A stretch of 64,000 bases of DNA, taken from contig OZ024742.1 in the NCBI GenBank assembly GCA_964016885.1, positions 150,536,001-150,600,000 on the forward strand, in the 5' to 3' direction. A program made the position numbers and the translations under genes. Below are positions 12,856 through 26,607 of this stretch, piece by piece. This DNA comes from Eledone cirrhosa. Its lineage: Eukaryota. The notes under the pieces are model-generated. The model made no database searches. It had not been told where the DNA came from and saw only the letters and a program-made list of their open reading frames with translations. Position 1 is the stretch's first letter, and every line of letters starts with the position of its first letter.

Positions 12856-15800
12856 TTTTCTCTTTCTCTTAATTTCGAGTATATTTTTTTGACCGGCCAC
12901 CTTCCTGGTGGCAAGGTTGTAAAAGGAAAGAAATTGTCATCCCTTGAATCGCAAGAATGATTTGCAAATTTTGAAGGTGCCAGCTATCGCAGCCATTTGT
13001 AGACTATGAATTAGGGAGCTGCGCTTTTTGTCCGCAAATCCAAGTTCAGTCATACTTTGGTCCAAGCGGGTTGGTATATAACCCGTAGCTCCAATAATGA
13101 TGGGTATGAAGCTAAAGGTGTATCTTGGATACTGGATTTGTAAACTCCTCATCAATAGTCCGTAGATGTCCTCCTACTCCTGTATTTTTCTGACAACGTT
13201 TACATCAAGTGGGCAGCTGATCTCCACAACAGAACACGTTTTCAATGTGTGGTCCCAAACAATAATATCAGGCCGGTTGTGCTTTAATTTGGTGGCAGTT
13301 TTTATTTTCAGGTTCCACCAGTATTCCTTAGTGCCATCTGTCTCAATATATTTTTCCTCGTTTGTTGTTAATTTTGTTTTCCGAAGTGCGTTCCAGATGG
13401 TTCTAGCTATCCCATCGTGTCTCATGGGGAGGTATTGGCGAGATGATATTCTTTCGCAGCTGGCAACAATGTGGCTTACATCCTCGATCTTTGTTTTACA
13501 TAGCCTACATTTATTGTCAGCTGCTGGCCCTTCTCTTTTGTGCAGCAGATATTTGGTAGGGAGTTCTTGTTCCTGTATTGCATAGAGATATCCCTCAAGG
13601 TGTGATGTCATAAACTTGTCGGAACTCCATGCCAGGCTTTTTGAGTGGTTTATCCCCTCTATGATCTGTGTTTTACGCCTCAAGTATCCATGCACAACCT
13701 TTTCTGTAAATTGGTCAATGTTTTTATCTTGTTTGAACATTGAATAGGATCTTCCGATTTCTCTGGGTGAGAGATTTATATCAGGCTTTATTCCATATCT
13801 CTCCTCCAGAGCAGTCGCTATTCTAATGATTTTTTTTTTCCTGCTCATAAACCTGGGCAAGATGGTTGCCAACCTTTTTCCTCTGTTGAAGGTGTTGCTT
13901 CAGTGTTACTATCCGGGTCTCATATGTTGTTAATATTGATTTTAGACCCCGACCACCTTCCTTGCGTGAGAAGTATAGCCTATCCACATCACCATTGATG
14001 TTAAAGTTCCCAGTAACACTGAGAAGTTTTCGAGTTCTAACATCCATCTCACTTAGTTCTTGCAATGACCAATTCAGCAGGCCAAATGTTGGCGTTAGAA
14101 TTGGCACAGCATGAGTATTGTGGGCAATGTATTTGTTGTATGCTGACAGTTCTGATGACCATATTTTCTTTACTCTTCTGAGGTATTCAGTTCTGGTTCT
14201 CTCCTCATTTATGGGTCCATCATATCTGACATTCTCATCCTGTCCAAGATATCTGTAGTTGTTACTTGACTGCAGAGGTTGCATTGTCAGACCATTCATC
14301 TCTAGATCTCTAGAGGAGGGCACAGCTCTTCCACGTTTTACTGCCAAATATGCACACTTGGACTCACCAAATTTCATTTTGATGCCGGTTGAAAATTGTG
14401 TAATGAGGTCCAATTGTTTCTTGATGTCATTGATATTTGGCCCATACAACTTCAGGTCATCAACAAAGAAAAGATGGGAAATACTTCTGGGCCCACTTCT
14501 TTGTCCACCTTGTTTCCTGAGTAGGTAAGATAGTGGATTCAGTGAGAGAACGAAGAGTAGCACTGACAAGCTATCACCCTGAAAGATGCCCTTCTGGTAA
14601 TGTATCTTATCAGTCTTAACCTGCTCCTTCTCACCTGTAAGGATCAAATTGGTGTACCAGTTCTTGGTCAGGCGTTCAACAGCAGGTACCAATTGTTGTG
14701 GGGCTTTAGCTAACTGTAAAGCCTTAATAATCCACCCATGAGCTACACTATCAAATGCTTTTTGATAGTCCAGCCACACCACAGTCATGTTTCTGCGATT
14801 CTTTGTTGTTTTTTCCTGAATCATTTTGTTAGTTAGTAGGTGATCTATGCAACCTCACACCTCCATCTTTCCACTAGCTTGCTCGGGTGTTATGATGTTG
14901 TTGGTAGCACAGTGATCCTGTAAGAACAGGTTAAGGCACCCAGTATATAATTTATACATGATGTTTTGGCAGGCAATTGGGCGGTAATTTTTAGCAAGGG
15001 TGGTTTGGCTATTTTGGGGAATGAGGAGAGTAGTGGCAGTTGATAACCATCTGGGCAGTTCTTGTGTGCCCTTAATGGTTTCTGTAAACAGCCGTATGAG
15101 ATCTTGCCGATAGAAAGTGAAATTCTTCAACCAGTATCCTGTAATGAGGTCTGGGCCTGGCGATTTCCTATTCGACATTTTCTGTAGAGCTGTTTCCAGT
15201 ATTGACCCATCTATGCCATATTATTTTGTCTGGACATGTTGGCAGTAGTCCTGTTCCAGTTCTTTTAGCCAATTAGCTTGTCTGTTGGATCCGTCATCCG
15301 TTTCCCATACAGATCTCCAGTAACTCTCAACCTGTTCTTTTGAAAGGGTGTCGTTTACAGGGATTGAGCTTTTGCCACCGAAGCTGCGATAAACTGATTT
15401 AGGATCTCTGGCAAACAATCTATTTAGCACTTGTCGTTTATGTGCTGTTGACTTATATTTTAGTCTTTCTGTTGTAGCTGTGAGTTGTTGTTTCAACTGG
15501 TGTAATTTGGAGTTCAAAGTTTTAATTTTGTATCTCCAAATCGTCTCTCTAACTTTTTCTTTAGGTCTTCCTGGTGTCGTGTGAAGTTGCTCTCTATGTT
15601 GCATTTCATAACGACTGCGATGTGTGAGATACTTTGTCTCAGGGACAAAATTTTGGTTTTTAAATTTCGCATCCACGCTGGTTCAGGCTTTCTGTTTGTA
15701 TCTTGATTGCGTGGTTTTAGATGTGTGTTATATGATAGCAATGTGACAGCTGAAACATATAACAAAACATTAAGCGTTTCAAATGTCGTTTCTACACCTT

Positions 15801-16422
15801 TAGATCGTATAGCCTTCAGATAATTGCCAGCTATTTCATTCACCGCTTCCAATTCCAATTTAGTGGATTCTTTACTGATTCTAGTGTTGTATGGTCTGTC
15901 ACTCACATTAAGGCTGTGTATCTCTTGAAACATATCATTCCATATCACTTGTAGGGTGTCCACAAGTTTTTGGTGCTCTGTTCAGTAGAGTCATGAATTT
16001 CAGCCTCATTGTTGATGTGGTGACAATTACTACTAGAGTTACCTGACCTTTCTCGCTGTTCTTCAGTGGAAGTGGGATGGATTTCAGCAAAATTGTTAGT
16101 GAGCTGTTCACTGTTAGATTTAGCTGGCCATTCTCTTTATCTGTCAGTGGAGGTGGGGTGGTTGTCTACAAAGGCTGTATTTGTAGTATCACTCAATTCC
16201 GTTAGATGTATCAATTTACATCTAATGATACGTTTTGCCTGTTCATTTAAATGCTTTGGAGAAAAGTCTAATTCTGGGTGTTTGGAGTTCCATAAAGTGT
16301 TTAGCCTTTGCATAAAACCGAACTTTTGGGGTTCAGATTGTTTGTATGCTTCATATAATACTTTGTTAAGCTCGTAGCTCCACTGTGTACAACGGTTGTA
16401 GTTGCGATTTGGTCAAAGGAGG
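12856..16422 (-). mobile_element. R4/Dong-clade non-LTR retrotransposon (RT + restriction-like endonuclease), nearly complete ORF, frameshifted
   Basis: N-terminal WSYELN..GFMQRL..W, KSPGPD, NYRPIAC, WLDYQKAFDSV, GIFQGDSLS, FFVDD, GGRGL, CRLC..HIVASC, RHD, RPDIIVWD, VEISCP. (CATA)n at both ends. Confidence 0.9.
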
Positions 16423-16500
16423 ATGTATGTATGTATGTATGTATGTATGTATGTATGTATGTATGTATGTATGTATGTATGTATGTATGTATGTATGTAT

Positions 16501-17108
16501 GTCAGGTCGCCACTTGGTGCTACTGATAACATGTATTCCAGTACAACCTGTCCCATGGTCGGGTCGTTGGCGACTAAACTGGCAACCCCACCAAGGTTTC
16601 TTGGTGAGGAGGGTGACTTTGGACATCCTGCAGGACTAAAAACAAAACCTGTCAAAGGGCAAAGGAGCTCTTAAGAGTCAATGACCATCCAAAATCACCG
16701 GGAGAGATGACCCCTTAGCCTTTGTCAAGGCAGAATTCTAGGAGAAGGAAAACTCTGATATAACACCTGCAACTCTGATGGTATCCAATGATGTTGAGTT
16801 GTTCTTCTTTTTGGTAAATATCATCTTGGTTAAGAGAGTGGGACTGGCTTTGTGCAGTGCCTTTGCTCACTATAAAAGCTTCACGGCACAGGCATTGCTT
16901 TATATCTGTAGATCTCTCTGCACTTGTCGTCACATGTTACCATGGGCCTAGCACTATGTGTCAATAATTGTCACAAGTGTAGTGTTTGTACCAGAGTTTT
17001 CAAGTCGCTGGCTGGACTAAAAAGTCACACTCGTTCAGCGCATTGGTAGGGGTTCTCCTACATGGATATAAAGCAATGGCCGTACTCGAAAACGAGTTGG
17101 CAGCCACC
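16501..17108 (-). mobile_element. Family D, full-length copy between (TATG)n tracts
   Basis: ~608 bp, near-identical to the other copies. Confidence 0.85.
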
Positions 17109-17674
17109 ATGCATGCATGTATATATGTATGTATGTATGAATGTATGTATATACCTGCGTGCGTACGTACGTATGTACATATGTATGTATGTACGTATGT
17201 ATGTACGTATGCAGGTACGTATGTATATATGTATGTGTGTATGTATGTATGTATCTATGTATTTATGTATTATGAAAGTAGATACTATGTATGCATGTAC
17301 GTATGTACACACATATTTGAAAGTAAACATTTTTTGCATTTTAGTGTGAAATATTTGTTGGTGTTGTTACTTGTGTAGGTATTTCCGGATGAAAATTAAA
17401 AAGAAATATTTGATCCATTGTTAACTTTCAAGCAACACCAGATTAATTAAATTTTTCATTGACTTGAAATTACTCTTTTCACATGTAAACATGGAATTCT
17501 GTAGCAACTACAATGTCCGCACTCGACAATGACAAGAAGGTCAATCGGACTTTAACTGTTTTATTTATACATATAGAGACAATTCTATTTGTGTGTATGT
17601 ATGTTTGTGATTGGCTGTCTGCCTGTATGTATGTATTATGTATGTGTGTATGTATGTATGTATGTATGTATAAT

Positions 17675-17920
17675 GTTTCTATTTCTCTTAATTTCAAGTA
17701 CATTTTTGACTGTAAAAGAAAAGACATTGTCATCCCTTGAATCGCAAGAATGTTTTGCAAATTTTGAAGGTGCAGCTATCGCGGCCATTTGTACTCTATG
17801 AATTAGGGAGCTGCGCTCTTTGTCTACAAATCCAAGTTCAGTCATACTTTGGTCCAAGCGGGTTAGTATATAACCTGTAGCTCCAATAATGATATGAAGC
17901 TGAAGGTATATCTTGGATAT
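17675..17920 (-). mobile_element. 3' fragment of the R4/Dong LINE
   Basis: Matches 12856-13135. TATG repeats on both sides. Confidence 0.85.
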
Positions 17921-17955
17921 TATATTATGTATGTATGCATGTATGTATGTAGGTA

Positions 17956-18150
17956 TGTCGGATCTCTCTTGCTACTGGTAATATGTAACCCAGTACAACC
18001 TGTCGCATGGTCGGGTCGTTGTTAACTAAACCGGTAACCCCACCAAGTTTTCTCGGTGAAGAGGGTGATTTTGGACACCCTGCAGGACAAAAAAACAAAA
18101 CCTGACAAAGGGCTTAAGAACTCATAAGAGTCAACGGCATTCCAAAAATG
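17956..18150 (-). mobile_element. Family D variant, truncated
   Basis: Matches the left end of 61155-61650. Confidence 0.7.
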
Positions 18151-18206
18151 TGTAAATATGTATATACATATATACATATACATGTATACATGTGTATGTA
18201 TATGCA

Positions 18207-20229
18207 CGGGGACATAGAAATAATAGAGAGGCTATCTTCTTCTTGGGCTACTATCCTAAGGTTAAAGACAGAGAGGGAGGACTCTATTTTCACTGATAAA
18301 ATAAAATATTGCCGGGGTATATTTCAGGGGGACAGTCTCTCTGTGATATTATTCATCTTGTCATTAAACCCATTGTCCTTTCTGCTCAAGAAATGTGAGG
18401 ATACATCAGCTCACAGGAGGACAGAAATACGAGCCTAACTCATAATTTCTTTGTGGACGATCTGAAACTCTATGCCAAGAACATGGATGGGATGAAGAAA
18501 AATCTTGACCTGGTTACAACGTTCTCAAAGGATATAGGAATGGAGTTTGGCTAAGATAAATGCTCATACATGACTGTACATCGGGGAAAAACAACAACCC
18601 AATCTAGCAACATTGTCATCAATGGCCTAACTGTTTCACCGATATCTGATGAAAGCTGCTACAGATACCTGGGGATAGATGAGAACATATCCTATAATGG
18701 TGTCTGTAATAAAGAACGCGTAACCAGGGAATACTACACCCGATTAAAAAATATCTGGTCATCGGAACTCTCTGCGCAAAACAAAACAGTGGCTCACAAT
18801 GTGTTTGCTGTGCCTGTCCTAACACCAACGTTTGGAATACTCAATTGGACGATAGACGAAATCCGAGCAGTTGATGTTGGAACTCGAAAAATACTAAACA
18901 ACACCGGAAACTTCCACATCAACAGTGACATAGACCGCCTTTACTTGAAACGTAAGCAGGGAGGCAGAGGCCTAACATCAGTCCAGACAACATTTGAATG
19001 TCGCATCATATCTCTCCGACAACATCTACGAACCTCGCAGCGTAGGAGCCCGCTTCTCGAGCAAGTCTATCTGCATGAAACAGACAAGATCATGAGAGTT
19101 GGGAAGGAACTCCTCGAGAGATATTCCCTGTGTGATAATCAAAAACTCAACCCAGGGATGTCGTTCAGCAGTATCGCAGTGAATCCATGGATGAAAATCT
19201 GCATGCTTATCAGCAAAAAATCATGCATGGATATGTTGCCAGGAAGCTCCAGAGTGAGAGTAATATAGATAAGGAAAGTAGTCTATCTTGGACCAACAAC
19301 CGCTATATTGGCTCCCACTTTGCAATCCAAGAACAGGAGATTAACACGAAATACCTGATTCACAAAAGAGATAGGGATGCAGGCAAAACACCTAGATGTG
19401 AGAACAAGTGCAGACTCTGCAGAACTAACATCGAGGATATCACCCATGTCATCAGCAGCTGTCCAAAGATGTCATCGCGGTACTATCTACCAATGAGGCA
19501 TGATGTAGTGGCCAAAACACTGTACAATGCATTTCGTAAAAAAGATAGCCCCGATAATAAACACATTAAAAGCTACGGCAATGTGGAAGACATCCATGTA
19601 CATAATATGAAAGAGTACTGGCGGAATGTTCCAGTAAAAACCCCAATAAAATGCAGGCATAACAGACCAGATATTATGATATGGGACGGGGAGAAGAGTG
19701 CATGCACAGTATTGGAAATTAGCTGCCCAGCAGACGTCAATATAATATCAAAGATTAGTGAAAAGGAGAATATTTATGCAGAACTGATGAGAAATCTGCA
19801 GATACTCCACCCTGATTACACCTTCAGATTTATGCCTGTGATTATTGGGGCACTGGGATATGTTAGTAACTGCCTCAATACAAATCTTGAGAAACTAACT
19901 TCACAGGAACAGAAAGAACACAACTAGTTAGGAAATTACAAGTACAATCCATTAATGGAACAGTAAAAATATGTAAAAAATTCCAAAAATTTTGCATCTA
20001 ATAACTGCATATACACATGTACAGATGCAAAGTATATACACATGCACACATACAACTCAAAACATACACATCCACACATACAATAACATCCATATCTACA
20101 CATGCATGCATACATACATATCTACCTAGTTGATGTTGTGTGAATTCCAATGAGAGAGTCTTGTGTCTATATTAGAAACCGACTCTCTCTCTATTGGTAA
20201 AACTTCGTGAAATTATAAAACCAGAAGAA
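18207..20229 (+). mobile_element. Second R4/Dong-subfamily LINE, 5'-truncated
   Basis: GIFQGDSLS, FFVDD, GGRGL, CRLC..HVISSC, RHD, RPDIMIWD, LEISCP. 3' end followed by (CATA)n. Confidence 0.9.
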
Positions 20230-20333
20230 CATACATACATACATACATACATACATACATACATACATACATACATACATACATACATACATACATGCAT
20301 ACATACATACATACATACATACATACATACATG

Positions 20334-20848
20334 ATGGCTGCAACTCGATTTCGAGTAATGTTATCGCTTGATATTTAAGATGTCAGATATCAAGTGATGC
20401 CTGTGATTGAAGCTTTTTTAAGCGAGGAAAGGCTTTGCACGGAACCAATCACAATCTCTGAACATCAAATTTATTTACCCAAAAATTAGAACTGGTCTGC
20501 ATCATTGAATGCAAACGAAGTCGCAGGTTTTACATCAAAGTCACATTCTCGATAGATATTTTAATGAAGGTTATGGGTCTCTCACTCCACTGTCCCTCTA
20601 AAAAATGTTTTTAATTATTGGATGGCCGTTGACTTTCTCCGCTCTTTGACGGGTTTTGTTTTGCATCCTGCAGGGTTTTGCATCTCGTAGGGTTTTGGAT
20701 CCCGCAGGGTTTTGCATCCCGCAGGGTTTTGCATCCCGCAGGGTGTCCCAAGCTTGGTGGGGTTGCCGGTTTAGTCGCCGATGACCCGACCATCCACAGG
20801 TTGTACTGGGTTACATGTAACCAGTAGTGCTGAAAAGCGACCTGACAT
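20334..20848 (+). mobile_element. Diverged family D copy
   Basis: Begins GATGGCTGCAACTCG after (CATA)n and ends GACCTGACAT. Contains an internal ~19-bp tandem repeat. Confidence 0.65.
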
Positions 20849-21619
20849 GGATACATACTCTATTAAGAAAGAGAGAGCGTGGAGGGGAGTATAAAATTAG
20901 CCCCTTTGCAGAGATGAACAACAAAGTTGGCCTTAGTGGGATTTGAACAGAAGGTACAAAGAACCGGAGCAAAGAACCTTAAGCATTCTATACCAATGCC
21001 CTACAACTCCGCCAGTTTGTCAACCTAATACGTGCCTCAGAAAGTCTAGTTGAAGCGAGTCTAGTTGAAGTATTACTCATACTTTTGTTTGAACAAGTGC
21101 ACTTAAAACATCTAAGTTCAGTCAGTACACACATACTCACGCCCAAAAGAATGCATGCGCACAAACAAACGAACAAATATTTTAGGAATAGCTAATGTTG
21201 TCAGATGAACATTGTTCCTATTATAATATTCAACCAGTTGAGTCATTTGATAGGTTTAGGTTTTAATAAAGTCTAGTCCAATTGAAGTAAATAACAAAAT
21301 GTGAAATGGGTAAATAATTACACCTGCAGTATGTCTACCTAATATGACTTTTGCCAATAATTCATTACCAACGTACTATAATCAGAGTCAGATTTAAATA
21401 TGGCGAGGAGATATGCTAGGGAATACTATTAAGAGACTATTTGACAATTGTTAACAGAGAATATCATTACAACAAATAAAACATGACACTGATAATACAT
21501 AGAACGTCACTCAGTTTAATATATTTACAATAAGGAAGAGACATGAAAGATATCCTTTAAAAATATGCTATATACGTTATCATTATATATGCATGGACCA
21601 GTAACTCCTGAAATATGTA

Positions 21620-21757
21620 CCGTATTTCTCGGCGTCGAAGACGCTACTTATTTCCTTAAAATAAGTCTCAAAAATCTACCATGCGTCCTAGAGGCCGAAG
21701 GATGTTTATTATTTTTTTCCCTCGAAAACGAAGCGTCTTCGGCGCCGAGAAATACGG
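21620..21757. mobile_element. Tc1/mariner-superfamily MITE
   Basis: TIRs CCGTATTTCTCGGCGTCGAAGACGCT / AGCGTCTTCGGCGCCGAGAAATACGG, with TA on both sides. Confidence 0.85.
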
Positions 21758-21769
21758 TATGTGCACGCA

Positions 21770-22070
21770 CCCCTTGTTGGAGTCATATGGGTACCGTCAT
21801 AACATACGGTGTTTCTTGGGTATTTAAACCCTAATGTAGCCCATCCCCTCTCCAGATCTGAAAACAGACAATTTTCTCAGAGAAAGAGGAAGTGAGAAAG
21901 AGATATTGCGGAAGAATCTATCCTAGTACTGGATTAATTCTTGTTTTATCGCATTCGAAAGAAGGAAAGACAAAATTGATCTCTGTGGGATTTGAACTCA
22001 GAGGGCGTAGAGCTGGGATAAATACCGCAAGTCTTCTATCCGACATTCTAAAGTCTCTGCCAATTGGCTG
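21770..22070 (-). mobile_element. Older SINE family 1 variant with a 3' extension
   Basis: Head and extension match 38183-38490 in the opposite orientation. Confidence 0.55.
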
Positions 22071-22209
22071 CTTGCTACATGTTATCATTACCCACACACA
22101 AAATACAAAGTGCTCTCAGCTTGTCCTATGTCATTGGAGCAATTCATTTTTAATTCTGCTGTCTGGCATTCTCGACCGGACTGACTAAATCTGATTTTTC
22201 GTTGATAGT

Positions 22210-23340
22210 CAGGATACCCATATGATTATTGTATATGAGTGGGAAATGACAACGGGCTGGGTGGAATAGGGATTATGGTAGCAGAAAAATGGGTAGACAA
22301 GAAAATTGCTGTAAATAGAGTGAGCGACAGAATCATCAAACTTAGACTAGTACTAAATAGAACAACTGGAACACAGTATGCCAATCGGGACTGTCAGACG
22401 GACTAAAAGACAAATTTTACGAATCTCTAAAGTACACTACTTCCCAAATAAGCGACGGTGACTTTATAATCATTGCAGGGGACTTTGATGAGTATGTTGG
22501 GCAATATTGTGATGGATTCGAATGGATCCACGTAGGTAATGGATTCGGTGCTAAAAATTGAGGAAGGCTTCAGGTTCCTGGAATTCTGCGACGCCAATGA
22601 TCTATCTATATGTAACAGAAACTTAAAAAATTAAAACATTCTCTTGATCATTTATAGATTAGGTGAAAAATGCACCTCCCAACATAACCAAGTAATTAGT
22701 GACCTTATAGTTCGGGCTTGACGAATTCGATGACAAAGAACAACCCGCAGGAAAAGAATATGGAAGTTAAAGGACCCCGCAACCAGTAACACATTTAGGT
22801 TGCTTGACGCTTGTGATAGTAAAGAAGAACAGTAAAGAGGAACAGTGACAATTCCTTAAAGATAACCTACAGAAGGCAACAACGAAATCTGTGGTTGGAG
22901 CAAGTCCCTAGGTAGAATAAGAGTGATTTGATTGTGTGATAGTAGTGTGGATATGACAATTAAAGCCAAAAGATAGGCACGGAAAGAATGACAGAATAGG
23001 GGAGATGAGTAGAGAACACTACCAGGATGCTAGGAGAGAAGCTAGGCAACAAGTATACTTTATAAAAAGGGAAGCAGAAAATTTAAACATGTTTTGCAAC
23101 GCGAGGACCAAAGGATGAGGTGTTCAGGATTGCAAGGTTGTGAGTCAGGGAAAATTTTAATGTTGATGGGAAGAAGTGTGTCCGAGATGATAATGGTGTA
23201 CTTGCCCTCAATGACGCTGAAAAGAAGGTAGCATGAAAGTGCTACTATGAAAAACAACTGAATGAGGAGAATGCATGGGAAGGAGATAGTTTTCCCCAAG
23301 TAAACCCAATAGACAGACCAACTGTACACTTCATAAGTCC
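22210..23340 (+). mobile_element. Degenerate RTE LINE (APE endonuclease and linker)
   Basis: EKWVDK..VNRVSDRII.L, KDKFYE, IIAGDF, G.G..N.EG.RFLEFC. Many stops. Confidence 0.7.
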
Positions 23341-23644
23341 TAACACTCCACACACGTCTTAATAATCCACCCACAGCGTAACATTCACCCACGTTATCAC
23401 ATCCCCTCGCCCTAACTCCCAGTTCACACTGTAAAGTGGTAGTTTTGGTGCCACGATAAAAAGCACTCAGTCCACACAGTAAATGTGGCTGACATTAGGA
23501 AGGGCATCCAGCCTTAGAAACCAAGACAGAAACAGTTCTGTATGAGCAAGACAGTCACCTGATCTGACTTATATCAAATGGGACAACTCCTTTTACCCAT
23601 GGTAGCGTGAAAAAAATAGACGTTAGACAGTAATGGTGATGATG

Positions 23645-23728
<84 letters not shown>

Positions 23729-23733
<5 letters not shown>

Positions 23734-24213
23734 ATACTTGGGGAGGATCATATTTGTGTAATATTGCCAGAATTAATAACAACACACTCACTGTTTGGTT
23801 GGTTTTCGCTTTTCGCTTCTGTGTCTATTATATCGGTAATCTAATTTATTCGGTCCTCAATGTTGCCATTGACTGACCAACGGTCAAAAACACAGATACA
23901 ATATAGACACAAACACATATATATAGTTTATCAAAGTTCTTTCGTTGCACATCTGCAACATCGTCAGTGGTGCTATTGTTTCCTCCCGTTGCATTGTATT
24001 TTCTACGCCATCTTTATTTAGTCTATTTATATATTTATTTATTTGTTGTTTTTTGGGGGTTTTTTTTGTCTTCTTTGCGCATGCGTTTGCGTGTGTGTAT
24101 AGTGTTTTGTTTGATGTGTGTTCGTGATTGGGTGACTGTGTATTGGTTAATGTATTCTATCTTTACTAGTGTGTGTTTATATGTGTTTGTTGTTATTGTG
24201 CTTGTGTATGTAT

Positions 24214-24256
<43 letters not shown>

Positions 24257-24490
24257 TACTTCTCTTAGGTCAGTGTTGTTTGTTTGGGTGTTGTCGTTAT
24301 TCCATTCATTTTTTTCTGTTTAGCCTTGGCCTTCTAAGTTCTATTCCCACTGGCCTCTCTGATTTGCCTATCTACTGACCCAGCAGACAGGCTAATCTTG
24401 GGGAAGGTCATATTGTTGTAATAATATTGCCAAAATTAATACAAAAACACACTCACTGTTTGGTTGGTTTGCGCTTCTGTAAATTGTCGT
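23729..24490 (-). mobile_element. Diverged HHR mini-element of family B type beside (TA)n
   Basis: Starts TTGTTATACTTGGGG like family B. Minus strand reads CTGACGA TGTTGCAGATGTGCAAC GAAA GAACTT at ~23931-23972. The terminal segment is repeated at 24394-24490. Confidence 0.55.
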
Positions 24491-24553
24491 TCTGTAATTG
24501 TCGTTTCGTATGAAATGTAATAATATCTCTTTGTCATTGAAGTAAATAAACAT

Positions 24554-24745
24554 GTGGTGGATTGGCAGTATCGGTAGAGAGTCGGACGCCATGCTTTGAC
24601 GCATAGAGTTACGGCCCTTGCCATTCTGAGTTCAAATTCCGCCGAGGTTAACTTTGCCTTTCATCCTTACGGGGTCGATAAAATAAAGTACCAGTAATGC
24701 ACTGGGATAATTGCTGGCCTTGTGCCAAAAGTAGAAACAATTATT
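24554..24745 (+). mobile_element. SINE family 1
   Basis: A and B boxes, core and tail. Confidence 0.9.
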
Positions 24746-24952
24746 ACATTTCATACGAAACGACAATTATTCAAAAGCAACAGATAAATTTACTCAACAA
24801 CAAGCGATAAATCTTTTTTAAAACCTCTCAACTAACGTGGATTCTTATAGACTTTGAGTCGATTCGGTTTGAAATTGTGCAAATGTATAAACATGGAACA
24901 TGTGCACACACAACAACAACAATCTGCCTTTTATAGATAATGATAAACAATA

Positions 24953-25232
24953 ATATCCTCTATGAGGTCACTAAACCTGCTAGAAACAGCAGCTAACTCT
25001 CCCCCATATCACACCACTCCCTACTGTCTTAAATTTAGAAAACACATATCCTCTATGAGGTCACTAAACCTGCTAGAAACAGCAGCTAACTCTCCACCAT
25101 ATCACACCCCTCCCTACTGTCTTAAATTAAGAAAACATATCTTCTATGAGGTCACTAAACCTGCTAGAAACAGCAGCTAACTCTCCACCATATCACACCC
25201 CTCCCTACTGTCTTAAATTTAGAAAACACACA
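24953..25232 (+). repeat. Three tandem copies of a ~92-bp unit from a dispersed repeat
   Basis: TATGAGGTCACTAAACCTGCTAGAAAC at 24961, 25054 and 25145. Related sequence near 10140. Confidence 0.9.
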
Positions 25233-25496
25233 TTAGACAACCATGCAGAACAACTCCATCGCAGCTCTGTTGTTCGGCTGGCATCGTCTACGCGCGTGTT
25301 GCGCAAGTACTGTGAAACAATACATTTCAACAGTTCTTTGCACAGAGATAATATCCATAGGCGAAACTACAATTGTCACTGCTCGCGCAGCTCCTGCTTC
25401 GGCAGTCCAGGTCTGCAATTCATTCACCCAGTGCCTGGCAGACAAAAAAGTGCTGCCATAAAATAGGTGGTGCAACCTAACTTTGGTAACTTAATG

Positions 25497-25527
25497 ACCT
25501 CGAGCAACGCCGGGCTTTAATTCTAGT
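25497..25527 (+). mobile_element. Possible Helitron 3' terminus
   Basis: Imperfect GC hairpin CTCGAGCAACGCCGGG, then CTAG|T about 8 nt downstream. Confidence 0.4.
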
Positions 25528-25538
25528 ATATATATATA

Positions 25539-25729
25539 ACGAAGGAGGTGTGGTAAGGAACCAGATGGACCATAACACACCAGACTATTCAATACTTAGG
25601 GTAGTAGAGTGAGTAATAGGAAAATGTTTGGCCCCGATGGCAGAGCTCTAGCGGTTTCGACGGCTATTTCTGTCTAGAAATAGCCGTCGAAAAGGCTTGA
25701 GCTCTGCCGTCGGGGTCAAACATTTTCCT
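25539..25729 (-). mobile_element. HHR mini-element family A, fold-back copy in (TA)n
   Basis: Palindrome 25619-25729 centred on GACGGCTATTTC-tgtcta-GAAATAGCCGTC. Confidence 0.75.
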
Positions 25730-25733
25730 ATAT

Positions 25734-25781
<48 letters not shown>

Positions 25782-25786
<5 letters not shown>

Positions 25787-26050
25787 ATACTTTGGGAGGG
25801 TCATGTTGCCAATAAGAAACACACGCACCAGTTGTTTTCACTCCAATTTATTATAAATTAAATTATAAATTTAAGAAATTTATAAATTTCCGGTTGGTTG
25901 GTTGGTTCCACAACCGGACGGTTGTTCATATATTGTCAAAGTTCTTTCGTCACACATTCTGTGACCTCATCAGTGACCGGGGATTCTTAACCAACTAGTA
26001 ACATGTAAATAAACAAATAAATAAACAAATAAAAACATACACAGACACTT
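25782..26050 (-). mobile_element. HHR mini-element family B
   Basis: Same sequence as 27940-28714 and 42121-42545. HHR at 25935-25977: GTCA CTGATGAG GTCACA-gaatg-TGTGAC GAAA GAAC TT TGAC. Confidence 0.75.
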
Positions 26051-26442
26051 TATTTCACGTTGCTTCTTCTACCTGGAGTTGCGACCGATTGATAGTATTA
26101 GCAATTGAAAAGACCAATGGAAACATTGTTTCCTCGGTCCGATTTGACGAATGTCGATCGTTCCAAAAAAAAAAAAAAATACATATACATATATATATAT
26201 ATAACAATATATAACAACTAGTTATCGTTCTACATGGCGGTATACAATAAATGTAATCGGAATTTTTCGAATATTAATAATAATATTCGAATCGTTTGCA
26301 ATTATGCAAACAGCCTCTTTAATAAGCCATGTCAGTAGAATGAGTCTATCTGCTGATATGCAAATCAATCCGATCAGTCACTGTATATTTCAGAAAATAT
26401 CATATATTTTCACTAGTTCTGACAATTGGCAGGTAAGCAGTA

Positions 26443-26491
26443 AACTGCACTGATGAAGGGTAATCACCCAGAAACATTAGTGTCTGCAGTT
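26443..26491 (+). ncRNA. Type I hammerhead ribozyme motif
   Basis: AACTGCA CTGATGA A GGGT-aatc-ACCC A GAAA CATTAGTG TC TGCAGTT: 7-bp stem I and a GUC cleavage triplet. Confidence 0.85.
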
Positions 26492-26607
26492 CTGTTTGCA
26501 TGCCAACACAAGAGCATGAATGTAGGGCTCATTCTACTGACATGGCTTATAAAAGAGGCTGTTTTCATAATTGCAAACGAATCGAATATTATTATTAATA
26601 TTCGAAT

